Positions 9,104-17,549 of a DNA stretch of 49,694 bases are shown piece after piece. A program made the position numbers and the translations under genes. Position 1 is the first letter of the stretch. Each line of letters opens with the position of its first letter. Under the pieces are notes generated by a model that saw only the letters and a list, made by a program, of their open reading frames with translations, had not been told where the DNA came from and searched no databases. Source of the stretch: Verrucomicrobiota bacterium (GTDB lineage: Bacteria > Verrucomicrobiota > Verrucomicrobiia > Opitutales > Opitutaceae); NCBI GenBank assembly GCA_043783345.1, contig JAYVZM010000411.1:1-49694 (forward strand), read 5' to 3'.

Positions 9104-9528
9104 GCTCCCACCCTACCCTCCGCTCCCAAATTGCCGCGAAAAATTCGCCGCCGGCTGCGCCGGCGGACACGGCCGCCGACGCAGTTGCTGAGAAAAAGAA
9201 CACCGCGGCCGATACCTCCGAATGTTACAGTTCCGGTGACAACGCGCTGGGTGTCCTCGTCTATACCGGCGACACTCTGTTCGCGTTTCCCTACGCTCAT
9301 TATCTGTTCGCCCAGACCGTCGACAAAGCAGGTGTCGCGATCCGGTTCGCGACTCACCGGATCTTAATCGTCGGCGAAGGCCTCGAGCCGATCGTGCAGG
9401 ATCTCGCGGAGCAGCGCCTGACTGCCCTTCGGGTGATTCCGAAACGATTTGCGGTGCAGCGGAAATTGGCGGTCTGGATCGAGCGCATCGAGGTGACGGA
9501 AGTCACCGAGGAATCCGCGCCAGGCTGA
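9100..9528 (+). CDS. Relaxase-coupled hypothetical protein
   Basis: 142 aa, ATGA overlap with the relaxase stop. Beta-rich domain (FAFPYAHYLFA...IRFATHRILIVGEGL). Confidence 0.7.
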   Translation: MSSHPTLRSQIAAKNSPPAAPADTAADAVAEKKNTAADTSECYSSGDNALGVLVYTGDTLFAFPYAHYLFAQTVDKAGVAIRFATHRILIVGEGLEPIVQDLAEQRLTALRVIPKRFAVQRKLAVWIERIEVTEVTEESAPG

Positions 9529-9529
9529 C

Positions 9530-9885
9530 GCAGGTTTGCGAACCGCGCCTTCGGCGTGACCATAGGGGGCGCGCCCCCTCTGGACTCCCTGCCGGTTCCG
9601 CGCTGCGCGCGGGAGTTTAAGGCATTGCCTACCCAAAGGCATGACAACCTGACCCGATGCAGCAGCTGGGGCGACAAGAGAGGCCTGGGAAAGCAGAACG
9701 GCCCCGGAGGTCCGGGGCCGTCAGGCTGTTTGCCTTTTGGGGCTACCTCGGCGCTCGGGGTCGCTCTCCAGCGTTGCCCCTATCCTCCTCGGCAGCGCGC
9801 ACAGATTGCGCGTTTCGTCTCGCGGAGTCGAGCGCTTTTGCGCCCGAGAGAGACGGCCTGGCGGCCGTCCCTCCGGGGCAACATC
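9530..9885. other. Non-coding nested hairpin region (candidate single-strand origin / oriT-proximal structure)
   Basis: AGGGGGC-gc-GCCCCCT (9564-9579), ACGGCCCCGGA-gg-TCCGGGGCCGT (9698-9721), and long-range pairs 9632-9641/9731-9741 and 9773-9780/9875-9882. Confidence 0.6.
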
Positions 9886-9886
9886 G

Positions 9887-10675
9887 TCACACATTCGCGA
9901 GCCGCTTCGCCGCGCGGAAGGCGGCCGTTTTGAAGCGATCAGCTTCGCCGCCAAGATTCGAGCCGAGAAAACGGCGCTCGTCGGTGCGCTCGTCTGCGCG
10001 GTAGCCCTTCACGTGGTCGGCCGTGATCTTCGTTGCGGCCAGCGCTTCGTAGATCGCGAAGGTCGCCCGCGTCGTCGCATTCGCCCAGCCGATCGTTTCG
10101 ATCGCGTTCTTCAACCGCACATCAACGCCCCGCGCGTGCGTGACGTAGAGGCGGGCCGCGTCGGTTTCGGCCATCTTGAGTGTGTTCGCGCACACAACGC
10201 GGACGTCGGTCAGGCGACCCGTGACCGCGCGCATCCCGTCATGACCATTCGAAAGCAGGAGATAGGAACGGTGCTCCGAGTCGGCGAACTGGCGTTCTCC
10301 GATCTTCACGAGCGCCCACACGATGCGGCCGCCGCGGAGGCTGCCCGCGGTTTCGATCACCGGCCGGTAATCGCTGTCCACCTGGGCCAGCGCTTCTGCG
10401 ATTTCGAGCAAGCGTTCATTCTGCACGGGCTGCCAGCCTTTCGGGACAATGCCCAGGACCTCGCGGTTATCGCTGCGGCGGTTGAGTTGATACGCCGCGA
10501 CCTGCTTCATGTCGCCGTCGAAGACGGGCTCCTGGACAACCTGCCAGGCGAGCTTGGCGGCCGTCAGGGCCTCGGTCGCGGTGGGAAGCCCGGCAACGAT
10601 CGTGCCAAGGCGGTGCCAGGGTGTGACGTTGTTAGCGGAGACCATGTGATCGGAGGAAGTGATTTCGTGAGCCAT
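9887..10675 (-). CDS. DUF932-family (phage/plasmid TIGR03299-like) protein
   Basis: TPWHRLG, A.L.W.V, R.D..EVLG.V...WQPVQN, IETAGSLRGGR.VW, YLLLSNGHDG, RVVCANTL. The C-terminal part appears shortened. Confidence 0.85.
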   Translation of the reverse strand: MAHEITSSDHMVSANNVTPWHRLGTIVAGLPTATEALTAAKLAWQVVQEPVFDGDMKQVAAYQLNRRSDNREVLGIVPKGWQPVQNERLLEIAEALAQVDSDYRPVIETAGSLRGGRIVWALVKIGERQFADSEHRSYLLLSNGHDGMRAVTGRLTDVRVVCANTLKMAETDAARLYVTHARGVDVRLKNAIETIGWANATTRATFAIYEALAATKITADHVKGYRADERTDERRFLGSNLGGEADRFKTAAFRAAKRLANV

Positions 10676-10704
10676 ATTGTTTTTGAGTTGGAGGTTTAAG
10701 TTAC

Positions 10705-10740
10705 ATAACTAGCTTGGCTAGCCTAGCTAGCTAAGCAAGC
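10705..10740. repeat. 9-bp nnnGCTAGC array (putative parS/operator), site A
   Basis: ataactagc ttggctagc ctagctagc taagcaagc, upstream of DUF932. Confidence 0.7.
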
Positions 10741-10779
10741 ACAAACCGGCGATTTCTCGAAAAACTTTCGCTGGCTTTC

Positions 10780-11160
10780 TGGCTTTCCGCTCGAGTTTGC
10801 GACATGCGGCGCAGATCGCGGCCACCCCGCACGTGCATCAACGGCCAAAGTCCCGCTCGGCCCTAGGGGTTTCACCATTTTGTATTCAGAATCCGGGGTG
10901 TGGGAACCGAAAGCGGCTGTCGCGCAGCAGCGCGACTGGTGCCGCTTTTGGGAGAGGGCGAAGCCCTCTCCAGGGGCCGGGGGCGGTAGCCACCGTGCGA
11001 GCTGACGCGAGCAGCGCCGCCGTAGGACGGCGCAGTCGATTTGACCGGCGGAGCGTAGCGGAGACGGTCTGGGGGCGCGGGGGGCGGAGCGAAGCGTAGC
11101 CGCCCGACGGGGAGGGGTCTGGGGAACCAAATCCTCAGTCCGCAGCCGGCTTCCCCACCC
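10780..11160. other. Non-coding hairpin-rich region next to oriV (ssi/ssDNA-promoter-like)
   Basis: GGAGAGGGC-gaa-GCCCTCTCC (10951-10971), GTCGCGC-agca-GCGCGAC (10919-10936) enclosed by AAAGCGGC/GCCGCTTT. The overlapping ORFs are low-complexity. Confidence 0.55.
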
Positions 11161-11246
11161 TCTCCTAATTCTTCGGTTAAATGGTATCTTCGGCTAGGGT
11201 GTCATAAAAATCAATTAACTGCCTGCCGATCAATGCGGAGCAAAAA

Positions 11247-11516
11247 ACCTTTCCGACTCTCCACACCCTAAAATCGCCGACCTTTCCGACCGCCGGCACC
11301 CTACGGCCAAAATTGGCACCCCCTTTCCGACTCCCCACACCCTATTTGGGGGACCTTTCCGACCGCCAGCACCCTATTCGCTAGACCTTTCCGACTCCCC
11401 ACACCCTACGCGAGGCACCTTTCCGACCGCCCACCCCCTATTTGCTCTCGCCCCTGGGCACCTTTCCGACCGCCCACCCCCTATTTTGGGCGACCTTTCC
11501 GACCGCCAGCACCCTA
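11247..11516 (+). repeat. oriV: Replication origin: eight 24-bp iterons
   Basis: Consensus ACCTTTCCGAC(t/c)(c/g)cc..CACCCTA starting at 11247, 11280, 11321, 11353, 11385, 11417, 11460 and 11493 (spacing 32-33 or 41-43 bp). An AT-rich tract lies at about 11165-11220, and rep is adjacent. Confidence 0.9.
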
Positions 11517-12602
11517 CTTCAGCCGCCGTAGCTCTTGGGCGGTGCGGTTTGCTTTTATCACGTCGTCAATGACGCTCAGACTCGGGAAGAGCACAAACCG
11601 GCAGTCTTGCAGCGGCGGCCGATTGCCTTTCGCCGGGCCATAGCTCGGGAACTCGATCCAGCCGGCGAATTCCTGGCCCAGCCAATTGGTTTTCATGATC
11701 ACGTCCTGTTCGCGGAGCTTGGTGAGCGCCCGGCGCACCGCGCGGAGTGCGCGCGTTGTGTCGGCGTAGCTGAAACCGGTTTCGCGCAGGATCGTCGTGA
11801 GCGCCAAATGGTAGCCGGCGCGCTCGTTTTTGTTCACCTGGAACTCGTAGAGATCCATTTCGCCCGCCTGGGTGTAGTTGTGCGACATGCGCGAGTAAAT
11901 CCACCGCGCCAGCTCGTTTTTTGGCCGCATCAGCCGTGCAAAGTCGATCCGCCGGAATGTCCGTTGCACAATCGAGCGCGTGACGAAGGGATGAAATTTC
12001 GCGGCGATCGTGTGCTCGCGGCCCTCCTTGTCGCCGGTCTTGCGTTTGCACCAAGCGACGTCCTGCAGGATGTTCGCGGTGCGGCCTGCGACCGCGTCGT
12101 TGTCGATGTCGCCGGAAACCTCGAGACGTGAGCCCTGCAGGACCTTCAAGGCCTCCTCGAGCTGCGCGATCGTGAAATGGTGGTTCTGCTCGGCAAGGAT
12201 CTTGCGCAGCCGGTAGAGCGTGAAGCGCACCCACACCTCAACGTTGCCGTTCTCAGCGCGCGGCGCGGCGATATTCGAAAGGTCGTCGGCCGCCATTTTC
12301 CGGAGCGTCTTTTCGACCAGGTTCTCGCGCAGGCCTGGCAGGATCGTCGCTGGTGCTCCGTTCTTGCGTTTGATGACCGCTGGGGAGATCCGGACTTGAA
12401 AGGTTCGGCCGCGAAACTGCTTTGTCGCTTCAATGAAGCGGAGCCCCTCCCGGGCGTGCTCGCCCGAATAGGTCATCAGGGCGTCGAAAAGTTCGATGGT
12501 GTTGCTTTTGCCGTCCTCGGTGGTGTCAACGAAGGGTGCGACCAGCTCGAGGCCGGGCAGGTCGGGGGTGTTGTCGCTGGTAGGGGTCAGGGGATGGCGC
12601 AT
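11514..12602 (-). CDS. rep: Plasmid replication initiator protein
   Basis: ELFDAL, LPGLRENLVEKTLRKMA, VRFTLYRLRKIL, FHPFVTRSI and LARWIYSRMSHNYTQA resemble winged-helix plasmid initiators. It abuts the iteron array. Confidence 0.85.
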   Translation of the reverse strand: MRHPLTPTSDNTPDLPGLELVAPFVDTTEDGKSNTIELFDALMTYSGEHAREGLRFIEATKQFRGRTFQVRISPAVIKRKNGAPATILPGLRENLVEKTLRKMAADDLSNIAAPRAENGNVEVWVRFTLYRLRKILAEQNHHFTIAQLEEALKVLQGSRLEVSGDIDNDAVAGRTANILQDVAWCKRKTGDKEGREHTIAAKFHPFVTRSIVQRTFRRIDFARLMRPKNELARWIYSRMSHNYTQAGEMDLYEFQVNKNERAGYHLALTTILRETGFSYADTTRALRAVRRALTKLREQDVIMKTNWLGQEFAGWIEFPSYGPAKGNRPPLQDCRFVLFPSLSVIDDVIKANRTAQELRRLK

Positions 12603-12645
12603 ATTGGGTGAAATCAGGTAAAAAGTCCGCCGGCGAGGTCCCGGT

Positions 12646-12670
12646 TAGGGTGCCGGGAGTCCGTTAAAGG
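12646..12670 (-). promoter_or_regulatory. Degenerate iteron upstream of rep (putative autorepression site)
   Basis: Minus strand CCTTTAACGGACTCCCGGCACCCTA versus iteron CCTTTCCGACTCCCCACACCCTA / ...CGCCGGCACCCTA. Confidence 0.6.
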
Positions 12671-12789
12671 GCCAGCAATGGCCAGAATGGCCGCTTTTGC
12701 GTTATACGAGGTCGGTTGCTGGGGGGCGGTCATGTGCCGGAGAAGGGAGATTAGGGCCTGTAGCGTCGAAATGCGGCCTGCTGGCGGGT

Positions 12790-13209
12790 CTATTTCGCGG
12801 TTTCAGGGGTCGTGGGGGTCGTTTGACGGTTCCATTCGTTTACGAAGCCCAAAAGTTCGGTCATCGTGATGTGGGTGTGTTCATCGGGATGCTGGTCGTC
12901 GTGGAGGTCGGCGAACGTGCGGCCGAAGGAGCTAGTATAGCCAATGCGGTTGTCCGGGGTCTGGTAGACGGCGAAAACGATGCGGGCCTCACCGGTGAGG
13001 GTATCGGTGACGATCAATGCCTTCACCTTGGGGTGCAGCTCGAGGTAGGTGGTGGTGTATCGGCCGGTGGAGGCCGGGTTGCCGGCAGGCTGCAGGGGTG
13101 CGGCCCCGGCACGAGCCTCCTGGGCGAATGCGCCGGCGGTGAGAACGGCGGCGGCGACGATCGCGAGAACCGCGAGGCGGGAACGAAATGATAGAGGTGA
13201 AGTTTTCAT
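12790..13209 (-). CDS. Secreted hypothetical protein
   Basis: 139 aa from ATG 13209, signal peptide MKTSPLSFRSRLAVLAIVAAAVLTAGAFA|Q. Confidence 0.65.
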   Translation of the reverse strand: MKTSPLSFRSRLAVLAIVAAAVLTAGAFAQEARAGAAPLQPAGNPASTGRYTTTYLELHPKVKALIVTDTLTGEARIVFAVYQTPDNRIGYTSSFGRTFADLHDDQHPDEHTHITMTELLGFVNEWNRQTTPTTPETAK

Positions 13210-13226
13210 GATGGGTTGGGGTTGGG

Positions 13227-13688
13227 TTAGACGGAGAGTATCTGTCCACGATATTGTAGCATCATAATTCCCGCGATCAGAGCGGGCTTGCTGAGGGTGC
13301 CTACGGCCGCCACGTCCTCGGGGTGTCGCTCCTGGTATTCGGCCAGCTGCGCCGCTTCGGCCGCATCGATCGGGCGCAGCGCTTGCACGATCGGGCGGCG
13401 GGCGAGCTCGGCCGTCGACGGCATGGCTCGTGCGGGTTCCCGGGTGGCGTAGGTGCGGGCAAACCCGCAACTGCGCCCCACTCCCCTCGCCTCTTTCTCG
13501 CTCGGGAATCGCTCTGCCGGCGCCAGCTCGGCCGCGGTGAATGCGCGGCGGCGCCGCGGGACCAGCGGAACCAAGCGGTGGCCACCCTCCCCGTCGCGGA
13601 CTACGACGTGCCAGAGTCCGGCTACCTTGCCGAGGGCGACGAACTGCAGGGTCGGCCTGGTCAGGTAAGGGGCTTGGGTTTCGGACAT
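13227..13688 (-). CDS. Hypothetical protein
   Basis: 153 aa, co-oriented in the par/rep gene run and preceded by a GCTAGC array. Confidence 0.55.
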   Translation of the reverse strand: MSETQAPYLTRPTLQFVALGKVAGLWHVVVRDGEGGHRLVPLVPRRRRAFTAAELAPAERFPSEKEARGVGRSCGFARTYATREPARAMPSTAELARRPIVQALRPIDAAEAAQLAEYQERHPEDVAAVGTLSKPALIAGIMMLQYRGQILSV

Positions 13689-13693
13689 GGCGA

Positions 13694-13729
13694 AAAGACT
13701 GCCAAGATAGCCAAGCTAGCTAAGCTGGG
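13694..13729. repeat. 9-bp nnnGCTAGC array, site B
   Basis: aaagactgc caagatagc caagctagc taagctggg. Confidence 0.6.
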
Positions 13730-14033
13730 CGAACCACGGCCCGGCCGCCCGGACGAGCTCGTTGTAGCGGTTCGGGACAAACGGCAGGCTCGAGGGGAAA
13801 CGGATCTGCGCCGCGGCGCTGTGAAATTCATCCTCGCCGCGGGCGGCCGCGAGTGCCGTGGCGTCGGCGCTTTCCTGCCAGGAGCCCTCGGGATCGAGGT
13901 GGAAGGCGTGGAGTGTCGGGTGCGCGCCGGCGTGCACCTGCAGGAAGATCCGCACCAGGGCCGGGCCGCTGTCGTGCGCGGCGATTTCGCAGGCGCGCGG
14001 GCTGCAGCCGAGAAAGCGGGAGAGTGGCTGCAT
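13716..14033 (-). CDS. Hypothetical protein
   Basis: 105 aa from ATG 14033 (MQPLSRFLGC...), 7 bp after the previous stop. Confidence 0.5.
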   Translation of the reverse strand: MQPLSRFLGCSPRACEIAAHDSGPALVRIFLQVHAGAHPTLHAFHLDPEGSWQESADATALAAARGEDEFHSAAAQIRFPSSLPFVPNRYNELVRAAGPWFAQLS

Positions 14034-14040
14034 GGTGCGC

Positions 14041-14412
14041 TCAGGCCTCCCCTGCCCCGCTGTCCTGGATGCCGCGCCGGGCATCGAGCTTTTCGGCGTC
14101 GTCGTAGCGTTTGACGAAACCCTCGTCGAGGACGCCGTGGTGGATGAGTGCGCGCACGGTCAGCGATCGCTCGGCCTTGCGGCCGGTGGCACGCAGATAC
14201 TTTTGCGCCTCCTCGATGCGATCGAGATCCCACTGGTAGTAAACCATAGTGGTCTTAAGGGTGCCCGTGCTCAGTTTCTTTTTCGGCGTGGGGCCCGGCA
14301 GCGGCAAGTGGGCCGGCGAGCGCAAGGGCGCCTTCGTGAGAGAGGCCGAGGGCTTCGCGGCCGCGGATGATTTCTTGATGAGGGCGGACAGACTGGTTTT
14401 GGGTTTACTCAT
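14041..14412 (-). CDS. Putative centromere-binding partner of ParA (ParG-like, type Ib)
   Basis: 123 aa from ATG 14412. Disordered basic N-terminal tail followed by a strand-helix-helix-like segment (KTTMVYY...LDRIEE...SLTVRALI), directly downstream of parA. Confidence 0.6.
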   Translation of the reverse strand: MSKPKTSLSALIKKSSAAAKPSASLTKAPLRSPAHLPLPGPTPKKKLSTGTLKTTMVYYQWDLDRIEEAQKYLRATGRKAERSLTVRALIHHGVLDEGFVKRYDDAEKLDARRGIQDSGAGEA

Positions 14413-14425
14413 AGGGAGTCGGTGG

Positions 14426-14452
14426 GTGGGTAGCTTGGCTAGCTGGGGTTGC
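14426..14452. repeat. 9-bp nnnGCTAGC array, site C
   Basis: gtgggtagc ttggctagc tggggttgc, between parA and its partner gene. Confidence 0.55.
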
Positions 14453-14477
14453 TGGGCTGTGGAAGATTGTGGGCCGA

Positions 14478-15056
14478 TCAGGAATAGAGCTCGAGGGCGA
14501 GGCTCTTGAGCTGGGAGCGCGCCTCGGTGTCGAGGACGCTCCAGCCGAACTGCAGCATGTTCGTGTAGCCGGCGAAATCCGAGAGCGTCGTGTCGAGGAT
14601 CTGGATGTCGAGGCCCTCGGCCTTGACCAGCTGGCGGAACTGCTTGGCCAGGGCCGTGCGCGCGTCGCTGCGGTTGATGAGGAGGCGGTAGATCTTTTTC
14701 GGGTAGATCTTCCGCAGGTGCTCGATCGAGTCGCGGGTCGTCCAGAGGTCGGGCCACGAGGGCGCGCACGGGAGGATCAGGGCGTCGGACTGCTCGAGGG
14801 CCCGGTGCAAGGCGCGCTCGGTGAAGTCCAGGCGCGGCGGTCCGTCCACGATGAGGACATGAGGATCCTCGATTTCGCCGTAAGGGCGGATGTTCTCCTC
14901 GCCGCTTTTCGCGAGCGCCTGGAGAATGGTATTCTGGCCGTCGGCCGAAATGAGCGCGACACGTTTGCCGTGGCGGGCGAGGGCGATGGCGACGCCGAAA
15001 GCGGCGGTCGTTTTGCCGGAGCCGCCCTTGCCGTTGACGAAAGCACAGGTGAACAT
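14478..15056 (-). CDS. parA: ParA-family partition ATPase (short, type Ib)
   Basis: Deviant Walker A NGKGGSGKTT, IVDGPP, ALEQSDALILPCAPS, LLINR. 192 aa with no N-terminal HTH. Confidence 0.9.
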   Translation of the reverse strand: MFTCAFVNGKGGSGKTTAAFGVAIALARHGKRVALISADGQNTILQALAKSGEENIRPYGEIEDPHVLIVDGPPRLDFTERALHRALEQSDALILPCAPSWPDLWTTRDSIEHLRKIYPKKIYRLLINRSDARTALAKQFRQLVKAEGLDIQILDTTLSDFAGYTNMLQFGWSVLDTEARSQLKSLALELYS

Positions 15057-15059
15057 AGG

Positions 15060-15095
15060 AAAGGTTGCTAAGCTAGCTAAGGTTGCTTGGCCGGC
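15060..15095. repeat. 9-bp nnnGCTAGC array, site D
   Basis: aaaggttgc taagctagc taaggttgc ttggccggc, immediately upstream of parA. Confidence 0.65.
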
Positions 15096-15280
15096 CTGGC
15101 TGCCGGCGCCGGCGGTTGCTGGGCGGCCGCCTTGGCCTTGGCGTCGGTGATGGCCTGGCGGGTGTGGCGGTAGACGGCGACACCCAGCTCGACGAACGTG
15201 CTGCAGAAGGCTACCGCGACGAGGACGATCATGAGGACAAAGATCACCCGGCGAGGCAGGAGGTGAAAAGGATGCAACAT
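15077..15280 (-). CDS. Small membrane protein
   Basis: 67 aa with one long hydrophobic helix. Confidence 0.55.
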   Translation of the reverse strand: MLHPFHLLPRRVIFVLMIVLVAVAFCSTFVELGVAVYRHTRQAITDAKAKAAAQQPPAPAARPAKQP

Positions 15281-15282
15281 AG

Positions 15283-15318
15283 TTGGCTAGCTGAGGTAGC
15301 TAAGATGGCAAAGCTAGC
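15283..15318. repeat. 9-bp nnnGCTAGC array, site E
   Basis: ttggctagc tgaggtagc taagatggc aaagctagc. Confidence 0.65.
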
Positions 15319-15604
15319 CCGGAGTCAACTTCCATTGCGCCAGGGTGGCCGCGGCAAAGCCGGCGGCGAAGACGCCGGCGTGCCAGTCCGCAAGCGCCCG
15401 CGAGGGGCTGGTGAACCGGTAGTCGGCCAGCCTGGGGGCGAGCCCGACCAGCTGGTAATCGGCATGGAAAATCTGCCAGGACAGGCACCGGACCTCGCCG
15501 TCCTCGGAAAGGAACCAGGCGGAAGCGGGTTCCGGTCCGGCGCCCACACAGAGCGCGAGCCGGAAATCCGGCTCTCGCTCGGCGACGAACAGGCCGGGGA
15601 TCAT
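15314..15604 (-). CDS. Hypothetical protein
   Basis: 96 aa from ATG 15604 (MIPGLFVAERE...), ATGA overlap with the upstream gene. Confidence 0.55.
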   Translation of the reverse strand: MIPGLFVAEREPDFRLALCVGAGPEPASAWFLSEDGEVRCLSWQIFHADYQLVGLAPRLADYRFTSPSRALADWHAGVFAAGFAAATLAQWKLTPG

Positions 15605-15840
15605 GGTGGATCTCCTCCGCGCCGGCGCCGGCGGCGTTCGGCCCTTTCGGCGTCGACGCGGGCTCTGACGCCCTGGCGGTAGCACCAATCCAGCGGCAGG
15701 GAAACGGTGTAGCGCCGTCCCTGCTCGCGCATGACCAGCACGTCGCCCGGCCCGAGCTGGGCGACGATCCGGCGCGGCCGCGAGCCAAAGCGATAGGCGC
15801 TCAAGCTGACACGGCGCACCGTGCGGTCGATGAGGGTCAT
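15601..15840 (-). CDS. Small basic hypothetical protein
   Basis: 79 aa, ATGA overlaps at both ends, Arg-rich. Confidence 0.6.
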   Translation of the reverse strand: MTLIDRTVRRVSLSAYRFGSRPRRIVAQLGPGDVLVMREQGRRYTVSLPLDWCYRQGVRARVDAERAERRRRRRGGDPP

Positions 15841-16310
15841 GGCTCGGGGTAGCGACCCAGGAGGTCGGCGAGATGCTCGAAAAGGGCCTGCTCGCCATTG
15901 AGCGCGTCGGTGAGCCGGACGATTTCCGGTTCGGGATCCCCGTGGGCGATCGCGCTTGTCCGCTCGTCGGAGAGCCGGGCACCGCGGGCGATCCCCACGG
16001 CATGGAGCACGCGCAGGGCGTGGTCGACGTCCAGGCGGGACGGAAAAGGCTCCTCGGTGAGAGGGAGCGGCTTCGGGTGGCGCCAGAGCGAAAGCGATTC
16101 GGCCTGCTGGTCACAGGTCATGCGCACGGTGTCGGGCCAGACGGCGAGGATCGCCTTGTCGATCGAGGCGCCCAGGGCGGCGACGTCCGGGGTTTCGACC
16201 CCCGCGAAGCGGAAGGTCGCCAGGAACGACCAGCCGGCCGCCTGCATGATGTCGGGCGGCACGGCGTCAGCCGGTCGGCCGAGAGTGCGGAGCAGTTCGG
16301 CGAAGTTCAT
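15837..16310 (-). CDS. Hypothetical protein
   Basis: 157 aa from ATG 16310 (alternative start 16340). First gene of the run leading to parA. Confidence 0.55.
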   Translation of the reverse strand: MNFAELLRTLGRPADAVPPDIMQAAGWSFLATFRFAGVETPDVAALGASIDKAILAVWPDTVRMTCDQQAESLSLWRHPKPLPLTEEPFPSRLDVDHALRVLHAVGIARGARLSDERTSAIAHGDPEPEIVRLTDALNGEQALFEHLADLLGRYPEP

Positions 16311-16497
16311 GGGTGGGGGCAGGAGGCGGAGGGCGTGCATGAGAGGGGGCGGTGATTGATCGGGGAACCGCGGAAGCGGTGGGGGGGGCGGGGGCGAAAG
16401 GGCGGGGAGGCGGAGAGCCTACCGACCCGGACCGCGGCGCGCGAAGCGCTGCGGGGAGAGCGACCGGAGCGAGGGGGGCAGTTCATGCCTGCACTGC

Positions 16498-16542
16498 TTA
16501 GCGCGCTAAGCTAGCTAAGCAAGCTTAAAACCCTTAGCTAGC
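16498..16542. repeat. 9-bp nnnGCTAGC array, site F
   Basis: ttagcgcgc taagctagc taagcaagc ttaaaaccc ttagctagc, in the divergent gap upstream of the par gene run. Confidence 0.7.
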
Positions 16543-16820
16543 TAAGATTTTAAGCCGTGCCGGCGGTCTACGCTCAGTCCGGCGGTGCGCTGCGCTGTCG
16601 TCGCGCCAAGGCCAGCGGCGCAACTTCCCCGGGTCGGGGGGGGGCGAGTTCGAATGTAGCCCGCAACCGCGGCCGCGTGGAGGCTGCAGCGACGGGCAAG
16701 GAGAGGGAGCAGGCTAACATGGCCGGGAGCGTCCCAGAAAACACCCTCCGGACAAGCTGCTTGCCACGAACGGCGCTGTCTTGACTGGAGTTGCGCTGTG
16801 TCTGACCGATAAGACAAGGT

Positions 16821-17525
16821 ATGTCTCAAGCCTGTCCGCCCCAAACCAGCAAAACCCGGCGTCCCGCCGGGCCTCTCGCGGGCATCCGGCTCGTGATCGT
16901 GGAGGACATGAAGCTCTGGCGGGAGCTGGTGGCGGTCGTCCTGGGCGACCAGGGAGCGCAAATCGTCGGCCGCGAGGCGACTGTGGCGGGGGCGGTGGCT
17001 GCGATCGAGGCGAACAAGCCAGACGTGGTGCTGTTGGACCTGTTCTTGGAAAAAGAAGACGGTTTGGATGTGATCCGGCAGACGCAAAAGCGTAGGCTGC
17101 GGACGAAATGGGTCGTGCTGACGGCCAACGCCCGGCCATTCACACTGCGGGAGGCGCTGCGTTTGGGGGTGCAAGGAGTGGTGACGAAGACCGGTGACAA
17201 CAACGCCGCCCTGGTGACAGGCGTGCAAAGGGTGGCCGGTGGCGAGGAATACTACTCGAAGGAGGTGAGTTCAGTGCTGGCGGAGCTGGTGCGATGCGAG
17301 CAGGCAAAACGGCTGTCGCCCCAGGAGGAGCAAGTGCTGCGGCGCCTCGCCGGTGGCGAGACGATCAAGGAAGTCGCGCACGCCCTCAATGTGGAAGCCG
17401 GGACAGTCGGCAAATACCTCCAGCGGATACGCGAAAAGTGGGGTCTTCCGCCGGCGGAGCCGGTGGTGGTGGTCGTCGAGGCGGCGCACCGCCTCGGGCT
17501 GCTCAGCCGGTCCTCGGGCGGTTAA
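16821..17525 (+). CDS. NarL/LuxR-family response regulator
   Basis: Receiver domain (LVIVED, PDVVLLDL, DGLDVI, VVLT, GVQGVVTK) plus LuxR HTH (LSPQEEQVLRRLAGGETIKEVAHALNVEAGTV). Confidence 0.9.
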   Translation: MSQACPPQTSKTRRPAGPLAGIRLVIVEDMKLWRELVAVVLGDQGAQIVGREATVAGAVAAIEANKPDVVLLDLFLEKEDGLDVIRQTQKRRLRTKWVVLTANARPFTLREALRLGVQGVVTKTGDNNAALVTGVQRVAGGEEYYSKEVSSVLAELVRCEQAKRLSPQEEQVLRRLAGGETIKEVAHALNVEAGTVGKYLQRIREKWGLPPAEPVVVVVEAAHRLGLLSRSSGG

Positions 17526-17549
17526 GCTAGCTAAGCTAGCTTGGGTAGC
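17523..17549. repeat. 9-bp nnnGCTAGC array, site G
   Basis: taagctagc taagctagc ttgggtagc, beginning at the regulator's stop codon. Confidence 0.7.

Noticed and set aside
10697-10712. Additional dif-like sites at TTATGT words (10697-10712, 36029, 3959)
   Set aside because: Only a XerD-like half is present, with no XerC-like arm at 6-bp spacing.
11247-11516. Regularly spaced repeats as a CRISPR array
   Set aside because: The spacers are only 8-19 bp, the repeats are non-palindromic and helically phased, they abut rep, and there are no cas genes. These are iterons.
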